Positions 35,256-47,208 of a stretch of DNA of 64,000 nt are shown piece after piece (position 1 is the first letter of the stretch; every line of letters begins with the position of its first letter). Made by a program: the position numbers and the translations under genes. The stretch comes from Setoptus koraiensis (Eukaryota; Animalia; Arthropoda), in the NCBI GenBank assembly GCA_048013815.1, contig CM106586.1:12276001-12340000 (forward strand), given 5' to 3'. The notes under the pieces are model-generated. The model ran no database searches, was not told the DNA's origin, and was given only the letters and a program-made list of their open reading frames with translations.

Positions 35256-36578
35256 ATGTCAACTGATGTCCCAGATTTGGATTGCTCCATGAAGAACTTG
35301 TCATGGAAAGTCGAGATTGATCAATTGAAAGACCTGGCTGAGGGTAAACACGCCATTATAGATTTCTCCGATGAGAGTGACGATTCTGACGCTGAAGATG
35401 GAGAAGATTCCGATGACGATCAAGGCAACATTGTTCCCATTCGACCAGACAAAAAGAGACGTGTCCAAACTCTCGATGCTCAAACCAAACAATCTATTAT
35501 CAAGACCGAAGTGATGTCCCTCGCCGAGGACTTCAGAACGAATAACATCTCGTCGGTGAAGAAGGATTTTCCCGATACAACAGAATTGGAAGTTGAGCCG
35601 AATCTTTTCGCTGCGCAAACTGAGGACGAATACAAAGCAATACATGCCCGATACCATAATTTGGGTAAATATAACGACCTTATAAAGTCTGGCGATTATA
35701 TTATAGTTGTTGAACATATGATCTACAAGAATACCATTCGAACAGGAACAGGAAAATTAATAAATGAAAATTCAACGGTTATATTTGACTATGCCTGCTG
35801 GACTGAAAATTGCCATGAACCATACGATTCCACTTGGTTACGCAAGAAGGCCTGCGTAACAGAACTCTCCCAAGACACACTGATTCCTGGCATCAATATT
35901 CTACTGAGAACCATGAAATTAGGTGAAAGGGCCGAATGCATAATTAAACCCGAATATGCCTACAAGGAACTTGGTGTACCACCTAGAATACCCAGAAATG
36001 CGACGATATTCTGTTTGCTACATGTACTGCGTGCCTATGAGGACTCTTCTCTGGCGAGACTATTGATTTCTCCAGGTAGGGCTCAAGAGTCGGGCGTTCC
36101 ATTTGCCACCATTTTGTCAGTGTGTAATGATGCCAGGATTCTAGGCAACTATTATCTCCAGAAAGGTCAAGCGTGGCAAGCATTGGAGCGCTATAAATCA
36201 GGTCGAGTTATATTGGATGCCTTATCGTACAAGGATGAGCAAGAAGAAACAGCAGCCAATTCGATGCTGATCAAATTCTATAATAACAGCTCCAATGCGT
36301 TGTTGCAATTGAACAAGCCTCGAACAGCATTAACTTTTTGCAAATTAGCTTTGGAGATAGATCGACACAACGTAAAGGCTCATTGGTTTTATACTAGAGC
36401 TTGGGAAATGTTACGACACTATGATAAGGCTCTGAGATGGGCGAAAAAGGGTCTCAACATTGCCGGTTCATATCAAACTATTTTTATTATGAAAGTGGGA
36501 AAGCTTGAATTGGACTTGAAGAGTGCCAAGAAGTTTGAAAACGATCTTTTTAGGAAGATGGGCTCTCGTTACGGATGA
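35256..36578 (+). CDS. FKBP6: FKBP6/Shutdown-like FKBP-TPR co-chaperone (440 aa), intronless
   Basis: FKBP domain GTGKLI..STVIFDY..EPYDSTWLRKK..TMKLGERAECIIKPEYAY..GVPPRIPRNAT, then TPR helices (LGNYYLQKG, YNNSSNALLQL, DRHNVKAHW). The PYDSTWLR and degenerate PPIase site fit FKBP6/shu better than FKBP4/5. Confidence 0.8.
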   Translation: MSTDVPDLDCSMKNLSWKVEIDQLKDLAEGKHAIIDFSDESDDSDAEDGEDSDDDQGNIVPIRPDKKRRVQTLDAQTKQSIIKTEVMSLAEDFRTNNISSVKKDFPDTTELEVEPNLFAAQTEDEYKAIHARYHNLGKYNDLIKSGDYIIVVEHMIYKNTIRTGTGKLINENSTVIFDYACWTENCHEPYDSTWLRKKACVTELSQDTLIPGINILLRTMKLGERAECIIKPEYAYKELGVPPRIPRNATIFCLLHVLRAYEDSSLARLLISPGRAQESGVPFATILSVCNDARILGNYYLQKGQAWQALERYKSGRVILDALSYKDEQEETAANSMLIKFYNNSSNALLQLNKPRTALTFCKLALEIDRHNVKAHWFYTRAWEMLRHYDKALRWAKKGLNIAGSYQTIFIMKVGKLELDLKSAKKFENDLFRKMGSRYG

Positions 36579-36695
36579 CATTATAAGGGCAACTTGACAG
36601 GAACAATCATTCAATTTTTTCCAAGTTGACCGAGTATTTGTCACATTCTTCAGTTGTCTTGACTAAGTATAGAATCAACAATAAAAAGGCAGATT

Positions 36696-39600
36696 TCATC
36701 GGACATGACATACGTTGAACTCAAGTGTTTCTAAAATGGGGGTTGGTAGTTTTGACTCCATAATGGATCTTGGAAAACGTCCTATACGCAAATATTCTAT
36801 GAGGCAAGAAATCATATTCACTAGGTCCAATGGTAACTCGGTCAACGATTTGTTGGCAGCACCCATTTGCTTAAAAACCGATCTTATATAATAACACATA
36901 TAATCAACAATAGTCACATTTTTTGTGTTTTGATACTGGTGAACAAAAGTAATCACTCCGTACATCAAGGGTATTGCATCTATAGTCTCACTTGATAATC
37001 TTGAAATTTTGGGCACTAGACCAGAGATGGCTTTGGAATATATGAATTTTGGCATCTGGGTGAGAATAAGTAAGAATAGTATTGATTCTAGGTGCTGGTG
37101 ATTGTTCGATATATTTGTTGTATAAACTTTTGTTAATGGATCGGACAAACCGATCCATTCAAGGTGGTTTGTAAGTTCAAACAACAGTTGACTATCATCT
37201 TGCCAATTATGACTACTCGAGGTGGGATTAAGTTTAGGAGAATCATTGTTGATGTCTGCAAGGTTAGATGTAGTGGGGTGACTAACGCGAGCGTTATTGT
37301 TTAGAGTGGTCAGCGTGGCGTCATTCAAGGTGTTTAAGCAACTGTAAAAATTTCTGGCTTTTGATCGACATTGAGTACTAAGACAATGAGCTATATTTGC
37401 ACGCATGATCTGCAGTTGTCCAATTTGAAGTATCGTTTCCAAAACAGTCCCTGTGAGAAATCGACTGCATTTTGAGACCAGATTGGCATGGTAGTGGGCG
37501 GAATCCTCCAAAATTGATTGCTTAGCTATGTTATTCTTCATCTCCACAAACAATGAGTCTAACGATTTTTCTTTTAGGAGAGCAGATGTTAGGAAATTGT
37601 CTAATTTTTGGACATTATCCATGATCATTGTAGAACAAACTTGATCAAAACCATTCAAACCTGCTGTTCCAATGCTCGCCTGAGGGTATTAGAGGGGAGA
37701 AACAATATCGGTGTAAAGATTTGAGAGTTTGATCATGGCGTTTTGGTGGCAATCTAGAATACTCTGAAGACTTACATTGATAAGGTCAAACAATTTCAAG
37801 TCTATGATAAATTCTTTCGTTTTACTATCATACCATGCGCTCATTTGATCATCATGTATAGTTGTCTTCGGACTAGTAACTCTCAAAGTTTCAGCAACAA
37901 GTCTTCCAACAAAGTTTGCGGACTGATCCACCTTTGCAAATGTCGGTATCGGTACTCGTTGAGATTGATAGACACTCTGCCAATCAAGCACTTTTTGTTT
38001 GGTATATGTATTACACTCTTGTTCAACATTAAATTTAATAATTCTTGACAACTCCTCTTGCCACATACGTAGACCATAAATGAAAACATAATCTTGTATA
38101 TATTCAAAAGATCGTTTATAACCATCCATAATTTTAGCAAGATTAATTAATTTACTGACTAATTCACTTGGTTTTGCCCTCGAGTTGAAGATCAATTGAG
38201 AATGAATGGCCTCTGCGGCTTGTTTGACTAGCTCTCGTCGGATACCATCTACAAGCAATTGTTTCGAGTCGATCTTAATGACACCGATAGCCGTTTCCCG
38301 CATCATAAGCATGCCTTCTGCATATAGAGAGATCTTGTAAGTTAAATGAGCCACCTCGTCCCTTTCTTCCAGGAATGCAAAATCTCTAAGATCGTTTAAT
38401 GATATCTTAGATGGCAGTTCGTTTATCTTATCTGTCTGCAGTGATATAATTTGAGCAACAAACAAAAACATGGTCTCAGGGATAATGTGCAAAACTTTCC
38501 TTATGTATGACACCAACTGGGATGAATAAAATTGTGACACGGACAATAAGTCAGGACTGTTTACTTGATTGATCCTAATTAGAGATAAGTCAAAAGCGGA
38601 AGCCAGCTTCAAAAAGGTGTATCTTATTTTTGCCACTTGACGAGGATCATCTCTGATTGCTTTTTGCATTTGTCTGGTAAAACTGGTATCCATTATCTCC
38701 CAGCCATAAGACAGGTCTCCAATCATTTGCAGTGTTACCAATGTATCCTCGCTGAGAGAAAGGTTTCGCATGATCAGTGTCAAGTTACGACAAGTATCTA
38801 ATACAAGTTGTTTAACTTGCAGGTTTGATTCCATTTGATAAATTTCCTGAACTTCTTTCATCTTACGTAGCAATTTTACGACATCCTGGCGATCGTGACT
38901 TCGGTTGGATTCATCAGTACTGAACTGCAATGACTTAAATTCATTTAGAATATCGTTGAAAATTTTTTCCAAGTTTCTGTTCTTTTCGACGCCCCTCATT
39001 ATTTGAACACCGGCAAAAATACTTTCGAGTTCATCAAGTAGTTCGATAGTTTCACTTTTCAATTTATTGATCCTAGTAGAATTAGAATCGAGCAGTTGTC
39101 TGTACAGTTCTCTGAAACTCTGTTCTAATTGAGCAGTATTTTGTAGCAATATGAATAGACTGTCCAGATTGACTCCAAGATTGCTACTCTGTACCAATTC
39201 TAGAGTAGTTTTGCATTTTTTTACCTGCCATTTATTGTTAGAGTGCGAATGCAACAAACTCCAACGTATTAGAATATTAGCCTCCCTGAGGTTGTTTAAT
39301 ATTTTAGTGGAATTTTCAAGGACGGAATCTAATTCTAGCCAACCTTCGCGAAGCATGGCCTGTATCTGAGGTGTGACTTTATCGAATCTATCATGGAATT
39401 TATTGCAAACGTGCCTTATGTTATCCACTTCCAAAGTATTGCATAATGCTTGTCTTGCGGCCTTGTACGGTTCCCAAGCTTCAATAAGATTCACAACACT
39501 ACCCATATAGATGCTGATGACCCAATTATCTGGAAAGAATCTATCAACTATTTCTCTCATTTTTGCGTATTGCATAGTAAGAATGTCAGGCACATAGTAC

Positions 39601-40379
39601 AATATCACGTAAAGCATAGACGCTTGTTGAGCCAGCGCAAAGGAACGGTGCTCGGGGTTAGGGAATGTGGTCACTATTTGATTGTATATATCATCTGATT
39701 GAAGTTTAGCTATAAGTAAATTGATCACTGCTTGATTGGCACCAGTGCGAGAAAAATATTTTTCCGGGTAGTTGGCTGGTCGTTTGCCAGTTTTTCTGTC
39801 GTAGCCAGTTGTCCTAAGCAAGTTGCTGGTGTCGTCTAAACTAGAGCCTGGTGCAGTTTTGAATGCAGAATAGCGGTAATAGCTAACAATGATTCTTTCT
39901 CGTGTCGGACCATCAAAGTTTCTGTCTACTACAAGCAGCATGAATCCTAATAAGAAATATGCCTCACATAATAGTTGACGACCATCAATATCTTGCAAAA
40001 CACTGTCCATGGTCTGACCAATGTAAGAGCCATCCTCCAAGTCTTCAATGAAAACATTCAAGTCAACAGAGTACCGATGAATGGATTCAAAGGTTAAATA
40101 GTAGCGAGTGACTATATCTAGATATGTATCACAGAATTCGGAGTCCTTTTGCTTAAGAGATGCATTGGATTCTATTTTGTTCTCTATAGAATCAGATTCA
40201 TTGAAGTAGCTGAAATCATTTACTATCTCCTTGTATAAATTGAACTCTGGCCTATCTGATCTAAACGGCGGTGGTATAATTTCACTGAGACGATAAAGTT
40301 CCGCGATGATGGCATTGCCTCTTGACACTATTTTGGCTAGAGAATGGCCACAAATATTATCACGGCCCAAGAAATTCAT
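36696..40379 (-). CDS. WASHC5: WASH complex subunit 5 (strumpellin); exons 40379-37776 and 37679-36696 (1195 aa)
   Basis: MNFLGRDNICGHSLAKIVSRGNAIIAELYRLS, RERIIVSYYRYS, RPANYPEKYF, MREIVDRFFPDNWVIS, FLKLASAFD, VSQFYSSQLVSYIRKVLHIIP, GLRMWQEELSRII; intron 37775-37680 GTAAGT...CAG, in frame. Confidence 0.97.
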
Positions 40380-41077
40380 GATCCTGGTATCATTCTATTT
40401 GGTGTCCCGCGGTTCTTTTATGTGGATAGTAAATTATAACTAGATTCTAAAATATCTAAGAGCATATGGTTGTTTCTTTGAGCAAAAAATAGGCCCAGTT
40501 CATATTGAAGATGTAAATCATGGCTTTTTGGTACATTTAAACATAGCATCGATGGCGTGCCTCATGGAAGCATTGTTATTGTTTGTGCGAGTGCAAACAG
40601 TAACGACCAAAAGGAATTGAAAGTGCCTTATAGAGTGAACAAGATTTGTATGAGCGAGCGGCCGTTAGGAGGCGTTTCAGAACTGTTTCAGTTGCAATTC
40701 AGCCTTTCAATGTACAGCGCCTGTCCTATTGGAAGCGACACACTGCGGTAAAGTGGATAAAAACAAAGTTCCAGACAAATGATTAAAATCAATGATAAAA
40801 TTGCATGGACAACAATTGCTTTGTTTGAAAAACCGCCAACACGAGAATCTATACAATGTAACTCGATCAAATTTCCGATTCTATCGCTTGTTATTTGTAC
40901 CGGTAAACGTTGATCCGTCCACATCAATATCATCTCTACTAAACATCATCATGTCGGCAACCGACTAGCGGCTTATTGATTGATATTAAAGTGAACAATT
41001 AATTTTAACTTGAATATTTTATCCGACAACTATTAATAAGTAAATTATATCATCAACGACATCATAACAAGTTCAAA

Positions 41078-42157
41078 ATGGAGAATAGTAAAAGCTCAAA
41101 CATTGGGGAGACCACTGGAAAGAAAATTGTTGACCAAAGATTAGAGAAATTTCTATCTATGCTTGAGAATTTGCCCCGATTATGCTCACCAACTATTTGC
41201 GGTACATTATCTATGAATGCAACAAAAAGTTCTACTGCGGGCCAGACTAAGAGTGGTCGTACGACCTTTGACCACAAAGACAAAAAGGCCTCACAACTTC
41301 AAATGACTTGTGAGGAGAAATTCGATTCTATCGTCGACATGTCTGTAGACAACAATCATACACCTGTTAGATTGGCTGACAATCAATTCTTTCATACAGA
41401 ACAAATGGACGACAACGATGAGTCTGAGTGTCAACAAGACAAAACATTTGAGTGGTCCATAGAGCAAGCTGCCACCCTATTTCCCACCAACATTACTGTA
41501 GATAACATATCTGACAACGGCTGCGATGTTGCCGACTTAGACTTGACTTGGCGAACTAAAGAAAACGAAGAGTTTTTCTCACAAAAAACCATAGCCCCGT
41601 CACCATGTCTCCAATATGCTACTTTTTCCTACTCTCAACCCCCGGAGACGCCAAGTAGACGTAAATCATCATTGTATAACACTAGTAGTAATGATACAAG
41701 TGATCCAAGCGATCCAAGTAGCCTTTACAAGACGACACCGACCACGACAAAGTCATCAAGTCAGACGTACTACTCTTCCTACACTGCGTACATCTCAGCT
41801 AATATTGACGAAGACAGTCTACAATCTGTCAATGATAAACTAGCAAATAATCACGTCGATGATTCTGACACTAATTCTAGGTTTTCTACGGATCAACAAG
41901 ACGACTATGACGTTGTTGATGGTGTCGGCGACTACGATACCAGTGGTCAAGAACTAGAATGTGATAATCAACTTATATTCTCACCCAGTGAAGGACCGAA
42001 CATGGGCCATAACTTTAGACTCACTATAAGCTCGCCACGCACTTTCGAAAATTTGTTTGAGCAGGAGAGTAAAATTCAACATAGCACTCCTAAGACGACC
42101 AGCCAAGATGTAGCTGCAAGTAAGCGTATCAGACCTAGACGTAGGATATGTCTATGA
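41078..42157 (+). CDS. BORA: Protein aurora borealis (Bora), 359 aa, intronless
   Basis: FEWSIEQAATLFPTNI and EEFFSQKTIAPSP match the conserved Bora motifs (FRWSIDQLA..P and EEFF....VPSP); the remainder is S/T/D-rich and disordered. Confidence 0.8.
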   Translation: MENSKSSNIGETTGKKIVDQRLEKFLSMLENLPRLCSPTICGTLSMNATKSSTAGQTKSGRTTFDHKDKKASQLQMTCEEKFDSIVDMSVDNNHTPVRLADNQFFHTEQMDDNDESECQQDKTFEWSIEQAATLFPTNITVDNISDNGCDVADLDLTWRTKENEEFFSQKTIAPSPCLQYATFSYSQPPETPSRRKSSLYNTSSNDTSDPSDPSSLYKTTPTTTKSSSQTYYSSYTAYISANIDEDSLQSVNDKLANNHVDDSDTNSRFSTDQQDDYDVVDGVGDYDTSGQELECDNQLIFSPSEGPNMGHNFRLTISSPRTFENLFEQESKIQHSTPKTTSQDVAASKRIRPRRRICL

Positions 42158-42284
42158 CAGAATAATTTCTTTCTGTCAGATTTATCTAATATTTACATCC
42201 TTACATGGAAAAAGAATGTATACTATATCATTCACTATTTATTTTTTAATGTGCTTCAAAAACCTCAACTAATGTGACAACATC

Positions 42285-43775
42285 TTATTCAATCAGCTTT
42301 TTGATCACCCCTTCGAAAGAGACCAAAGTTGTGTCGCTTTTGAAATAACACAGCCTAATGAAATCTTCCGCCAAATGTTTATGATCTGCTGAATAAAATG
42401 CGCTAGGCGGAATACCTTGTAGCTTCTTGTTTTTTGATAACCAGCGTATAAATTTGTGGTCTTTGGTGGCACCCTGCTCTTGAGAGAAATCGAACTTCTT
42501 TGAAAGATCTGAAGTATTGGCCAACAGGAAGTATCCGGCCTCAGGAACAGTCGGCTCCATGTTCGCCTTTGACAATATCTCGACGACTCGATCGCGCTTC
42601 TGCTTCAAAGATGCTGCCAGAGAGGTCCAGTACGACTCTGGGGTGCCCATTCGGGCAGTCTCAATCTCAAAAGATTCCGCTACTGCCTCTTGCAACGGGG
42701 TAGGACAAACGTAGATGCAGTTTTGGTGTAAGAATTGCGCATACCTAATAAGGTCCGATGGTCCGTAACACCATCCCACCTTCCATCCAGTAACGCTGAA
42801 TGTTTTGCCAGCACTTCCGACAGTTATTGTCCTTTCCCACATGCCATCCAAACTAGCTGTTCTGATGTGTTCACCATCTAGGACTAGATGTTCATAAACC
42901 TCATCACTTAACACCAACAAATCGTTTCTCTTACAGATACCGGCAATACTTTCAAGTTCTTGTCGTGAAAACACCTTGCCCAGTGGATTGTGTGGATTGT
43001 TCAAAATGAGCATTTTAGTTTTGTTTGTTATCTTCGATTGCAGTTCATCCTCAGATAAAACCCAATCTGAGCTACTAGTCACTCCATCGCCTTTCTTAGA
43101 TTCTTTCTTCAGGCGGAGAGGTACAAACACGCATTTTCCTTGGGCCATTTTTACCATCGGCTCATAACAATCATAGTAGGGTTCAATTATAATGACCTCA
43201 TCTTCGGGTCCAATGAACGCATTGATAATGCAGTAAATGGCTTCGTAGGCTCCAACTGTCACCAGAACTTCTTTGTTTGGATCAACAGAACGATTCAACA
43301 ATTTCGAGTATAACTCACTTATGGCTTTCACTAGGCGAGGGTGTCCAAAACCTCTGGTGTACTGGTTTATCAAACAACTGCCCCCGGTGACAACTTTGGC
43401 CAGGCCCGCGGTAACATGATCCGGGTAGGCGGTAGGATAGTCTGGTAGACCCTGACCCATGTTCAAAGGCTTCGCTTCTGAAGCCAGCTGAGCGAACTCG
43501 ACCCACACCGATTCTTGTTCATCCTTGATTCTATCTGCTGGCACTAGTCTACTTCTTCCTGTACTTTTTAATTCGGTCATGATTGTTTGTCTTGAATGTG
43601 TATTGGTTGTCGCAAAATCTCTATGTTTATTGTGGCACGAAATTGGTAAGTTCTTCAGATTTTTGTTACATGCATAGCTATTATTGATGATCAAGGGCGA
43701 ATAGATTCTTGAATGTATTTTCGATTTGACCAAATTGTTTATTAGATTGGCACTGGCATTACTAGCTCTTATCAT
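42285..43775 (-). CDS. KYAT3: Kynurenine-oxoglutarate/glutamine transaminase (KYAT1/3 family) with probable mitochondrial leader, intronless
   Basis: SVWVEFAQLA, NMGQGLPD, NQYTRGFGHPRLV, VTVGAYEA, IIEPYYDCYEPM, LNNPHNPLGKVF, SDEVYEHL, TVGSAGKTFSVTGWKVGW, IRLCYFK. First ATG is at 43775 (the track start 43781 is GTG). Confidence 0.93.
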   Translation of the reverse strand: MIRASNASANLINNLVKSKIHSRIYSPLIINNSYACNKNLKNLPISCHNKHRDFATTNTHSRQTIMTELKSTGRSRLVPADRIKDEQESVWVEFAQLASEAKPLNMGQGLPDYPTAYPDHVTAGLAKVVTGGSCLINQYTRGFGHPRLVKAISELYSKLLNRSVDPNKEVLVTVGAYEAIYCIINAFIGPEDEVIIIEPYYDCYEPMVKMAQGKCVFVPLRLKKESKKGDGVTSSSDWVLSEDELQSKITNKTKMLILNNPHNPLGKVFSRQELESIAGICKRNDLLVLSDEVYEHLVLDGEHIRTASLDGMWERTITVGSAGKTFSVTGWKVGWCYGPSDLIRYAQFLHQNCIYVCPTPLQEAVAESFEIETARMGTPESYWTSLAASLKQKRDRVVEILSKANMEPTVPEAGYFLLANTSDLSKKFDFSQEQGATKDHKFIRWLSKNKKLQGIPPSAFYSADHKHLAEDFIRLCYFKSDTTLVSFEGVIKKLIE

Positions 43776-44238
43776 GTCCACTATGTTAACTAGCCGCTTT
43801 TAAACTCAGAACAACAAGTTAAATATAAACTTTGAAAGTTACGTTCTAGACTGTATGTTAGTATTGCAACAAAGTTGATTCCAGTGAAGCACCATATTTC
43901 GATGCATTCCAGCTGACACACCTGAAATTGGCAAGCTAGACTGTGGGTGGCGCACTATTTAAATAAATAAACTGTTAAAAGTTGTTAGGCGAAAGTCTTG
44001 TCGAACGAAATGCACGTAAAAACCCGTCTTTGGACGTTTGCACATATACTGTGGTTAACTCAAGTTTTTTGTATTTGTTGATTTATCGCTTAACGAGATC
44101 TTATCTGGCTGGTAACATGAGCTATTGTGCAATATCACAATTCTCTTTATACAATGATCAATATCAATGTAGCACGATGACCTAAAATTATATATAGGAC
44201 CAATAGTTGAGTTTCGTTGATTCAACCTTGTCTTGACG

Positions 44239-45567
44239 TCATGAGTGCTCTTGCGTCAATTTGGGACCATCTAAACAATTTGTACCACTTTCTATTTGCT
44301 GATCTGTGTTTGTTTCCCTCAATTTGAGACTCTCATACTGTCTCATGCTATGACTAGATTTGCCAAGGCCCAATTTAGGTAGGCCCTTATTGAGACCCTC
44401 CAATATCAGGCAGGCTTTGCAGACCTCCTGGCTAGATATGTAGCCACATTTGGTGCATTTAGTTTGATCGGGTATTTTCATTTTAGCCTCTGTACCCAAC
44501 TGTAATGACTCGCCGGACTTAATAATGTCTATAATGGAAGAGGGCCGAATTGATTCTATATCTTTAAGGAATTCTCTAGCGTGGCCTCTATATGAATTTG
44601 GAGCATAGATACATTCTGTAGAGAAATAGTCTAATTTCTTAAAGTGGGCATAAAGAACAATCTCTTTTTCGTATGTATACTTGAAAGGCTTGGCTCTTGG
44701 AATGGTGAATTCGCAGCTGCCTGAGCCATGTTTTTGTTCAGCTCCAGTTATAATGTCCATAGATCTTACAAGACGATTGGTGTCGCCACGAAGCAAATTC
44801 ATGAGTACTGTCTCTGCCACATCGTCTGCATTATGGCCAGTGACCATTTTATTGCAGCCCAATAAATGGGCGCCGCGATCTAATGCCTGCCGCCTAAACA
44901 CACCACATATTGTGCAATTATTTTTCAAGCCAACCAACTTGACTATTTTATCCATGGTCCAGCCGTACAGTTGCTCGTAGCTGAGTATCTTGAGTGGAAG
45001 GTCATATTGTATCTTGTTTCGTTCTACCGTTTTCAAACTATCGTCTCTGTATCCCGAAATTCCCTCATCTATTGACAGTAATACTAGTCTTAGTTGATAG
45101 TTGTGTCTGTCGTTGAGAAGTTTCATAATATGGGCCAGCACAGTTGAGTCTGTGAGTGGATGATGTGGTTGGTAACATGAAAAATAGATTTGTGATAAGA
45201 GGAGACATTAGAGATAGGACAATTGCTTCATTGAAGCCTGATAATGAGGGCCAACCAAGAGTTACACCAACCTTTTCCACCGCTGGCTCCAATAGCCACA
45301 TAGTCGTCAGGCTCGAATAGTTTGCACTCAACAATTGTCTCGTGTATCTCTCTTTCGAAACATTCGAAGAAGCATTCTTTACACAGTGCTTTACCCTAGG
45401 TTGTTATTTGGATTTAATGTATGACAGAATAACAAATTAATCATCTGGTTAGTAGGTTGTTAGGTCGGTAATGATAAAAATGGTAGCAATATTCGTTTCA
45501 GGTTTACATTTTTCGGCCTCCTCATGATTGGTCGAGCTGAAGCGCATCCATCACAGCTGATGACCAT
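44239..45567 (-). CDS. CTU1: Cytoplasmic tRNA 2-thiolation protein 1; exons 45567-45508, 45395-45272, 45149-44239 (364 aa)
   Basis: Splicing restores [15 protein letters not shown]...[16 protein letters not shown]; [53 protein letters not shown]; total 1095 nt, in frame. Confidence 0.96.
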
Positions 45568-47010
45568 TTTTGTTGTTGCTATTATTTGTTGGACCAAGCC
45601 GCAATCAATTGAGACTCGCTGCGATTAGTTGTGGAGCTGTAGGCTAATTAATTGATTGATGCTAATTAGACGGATTCATAGTTTTACTGGTTTCTTTTTT
45701 TTTGTCTTCTTTTCTTTTTCAAAATAAAGGACCACGTGACGCCAGAAGCTAGTCGATAATTCCAACCGGCACAGAAGCGCGGCTCTGTGCCAACTTTCAA
45801 TTCTGCGCATTTGAAGCGCGCTCATTTCTTTTTAGCTAGACAACTTGTCTAAGACAAGTTTCATATCCAGAGGGCGAAAGTTCATTTATTTGACGATATT
45901 TCACTCACTCTCTATCTATTCTCTTAGTGTCTCCATCTATCTAATTTGCAAATCTTAATCATCAATTTGAGACAATTCAATCAATCAACTTTTCACTCGC
46001 ACTCAAAGTTATGTGTACATGAGATGCCAATGTATCACTAGCCTGAAGTGAGAAGAGAGAATCTCATTTCATCAGCGATATTTTGTTTTTATTGTTTATT
46101 TGGCATTTGCTAATGTACTTGTTGCCACTTGCATTTAAAGCGTCTATGTTGGAATTAGTTTAGCCAACGAATCTGTCTAGTTTCTACTGGCTGCTCAATA
46201 ACTCTCTTAATCTTCAAGCACTCGATAGCAGATTGTCGATTGCTGGACAAATTACTGTGGCAATCTGATTGGGTCAGGCAATGATGGCATGCATTAGCAC
46301 TGTATAGTCACATGAAATCATATAATTTGACTCAAATGACACTTGACTGGCTAAAATATGATGATTAAGCACTATTATCTATTGGCAAACTGACAGTTTG
46401 CAGATTTTACAGTTGTCACATGGGCCTAATAGTAGAAAGTGACATTTGATATGCTCAAAGGAATCAATAGTAGATGTCTTGGTACATATTGCAATCAATA
46501 TCAATCTGAATCCGTATGTGTATGTGTAAATTGAAATTGTTGGATGATGAAATAACCTCGCTCTGTCTTGTAAATGTCGTTATAATTCCCAAGTCAGCAT
46601 CAGATAGCCAACAAGTCGGTTATTAATCTGGGCAAATGCAGTAATGATGATGACTCAGCAGCGTACTTGTTGCGCCAGAAATACTCAGACTGCAAGTAAC
46701 TGATATAGATGTCTGTTTGATATATTTGTCGCCTCACCAAACATCTCAAGCAAGCATCTCAAATTTACACTAATTACACTAATAGTTACTCTTGCTAATG
46801 AGCTGTCACCACGAACTGAACTCACTGATACAATCTAGAATCGTGCTGACTTGTCCATTTGATTTGATATCCCCCACTACGTTACACTATGTGACACTAT
46901 GTCTCAACTATCTATGTGTCAGTGATAGTAGAGATTATTGCTACCTATGCACTCGCTGGTCATGGTGTAATGTGCCAAAATTTTTGAATAGTGGTGCTAG
47001 CGACCGATGG

Positions 47011-47052
47011 TATATAAAGGGGCGACCTGGCCTGAGTAAAATCAGATTAGTT
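47011..47052 (+). promoter_or_regulatory. TATA box and initiator-like element of the LLTP gene
   Basis: TATATAAAG at 47011-47019 with ATCAGATTAGTT about 30 nt downstream; ATG at 47209. Confidence 0.6.
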
Positions 47053-47208
47053 TGAGGTTAGACATCAAACATCTAGTAGCATATAGTAGTAGTAACGTAG
47101 CTGATAAAATAGATTGATAGGGTATTCAAGTAACAAATTTCCGAGTAGTTAGTAATTAAGATTAGTTTTCTGCAAGCAGTTAAAATAACAGCAAACGATC
47201 AGATCAAG

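Noticed and set aside
40500-40952. Possible small gene between WASHC5 and BORA (minus MMMFSRDDIDVDG... with a 52-nt intron, or plus 40557-40751)
   Set aside because: The intron is far shorter than the local 94-122 nt class, competing frames are equally plausible, and there is no homology; it may be promoter or UTR.
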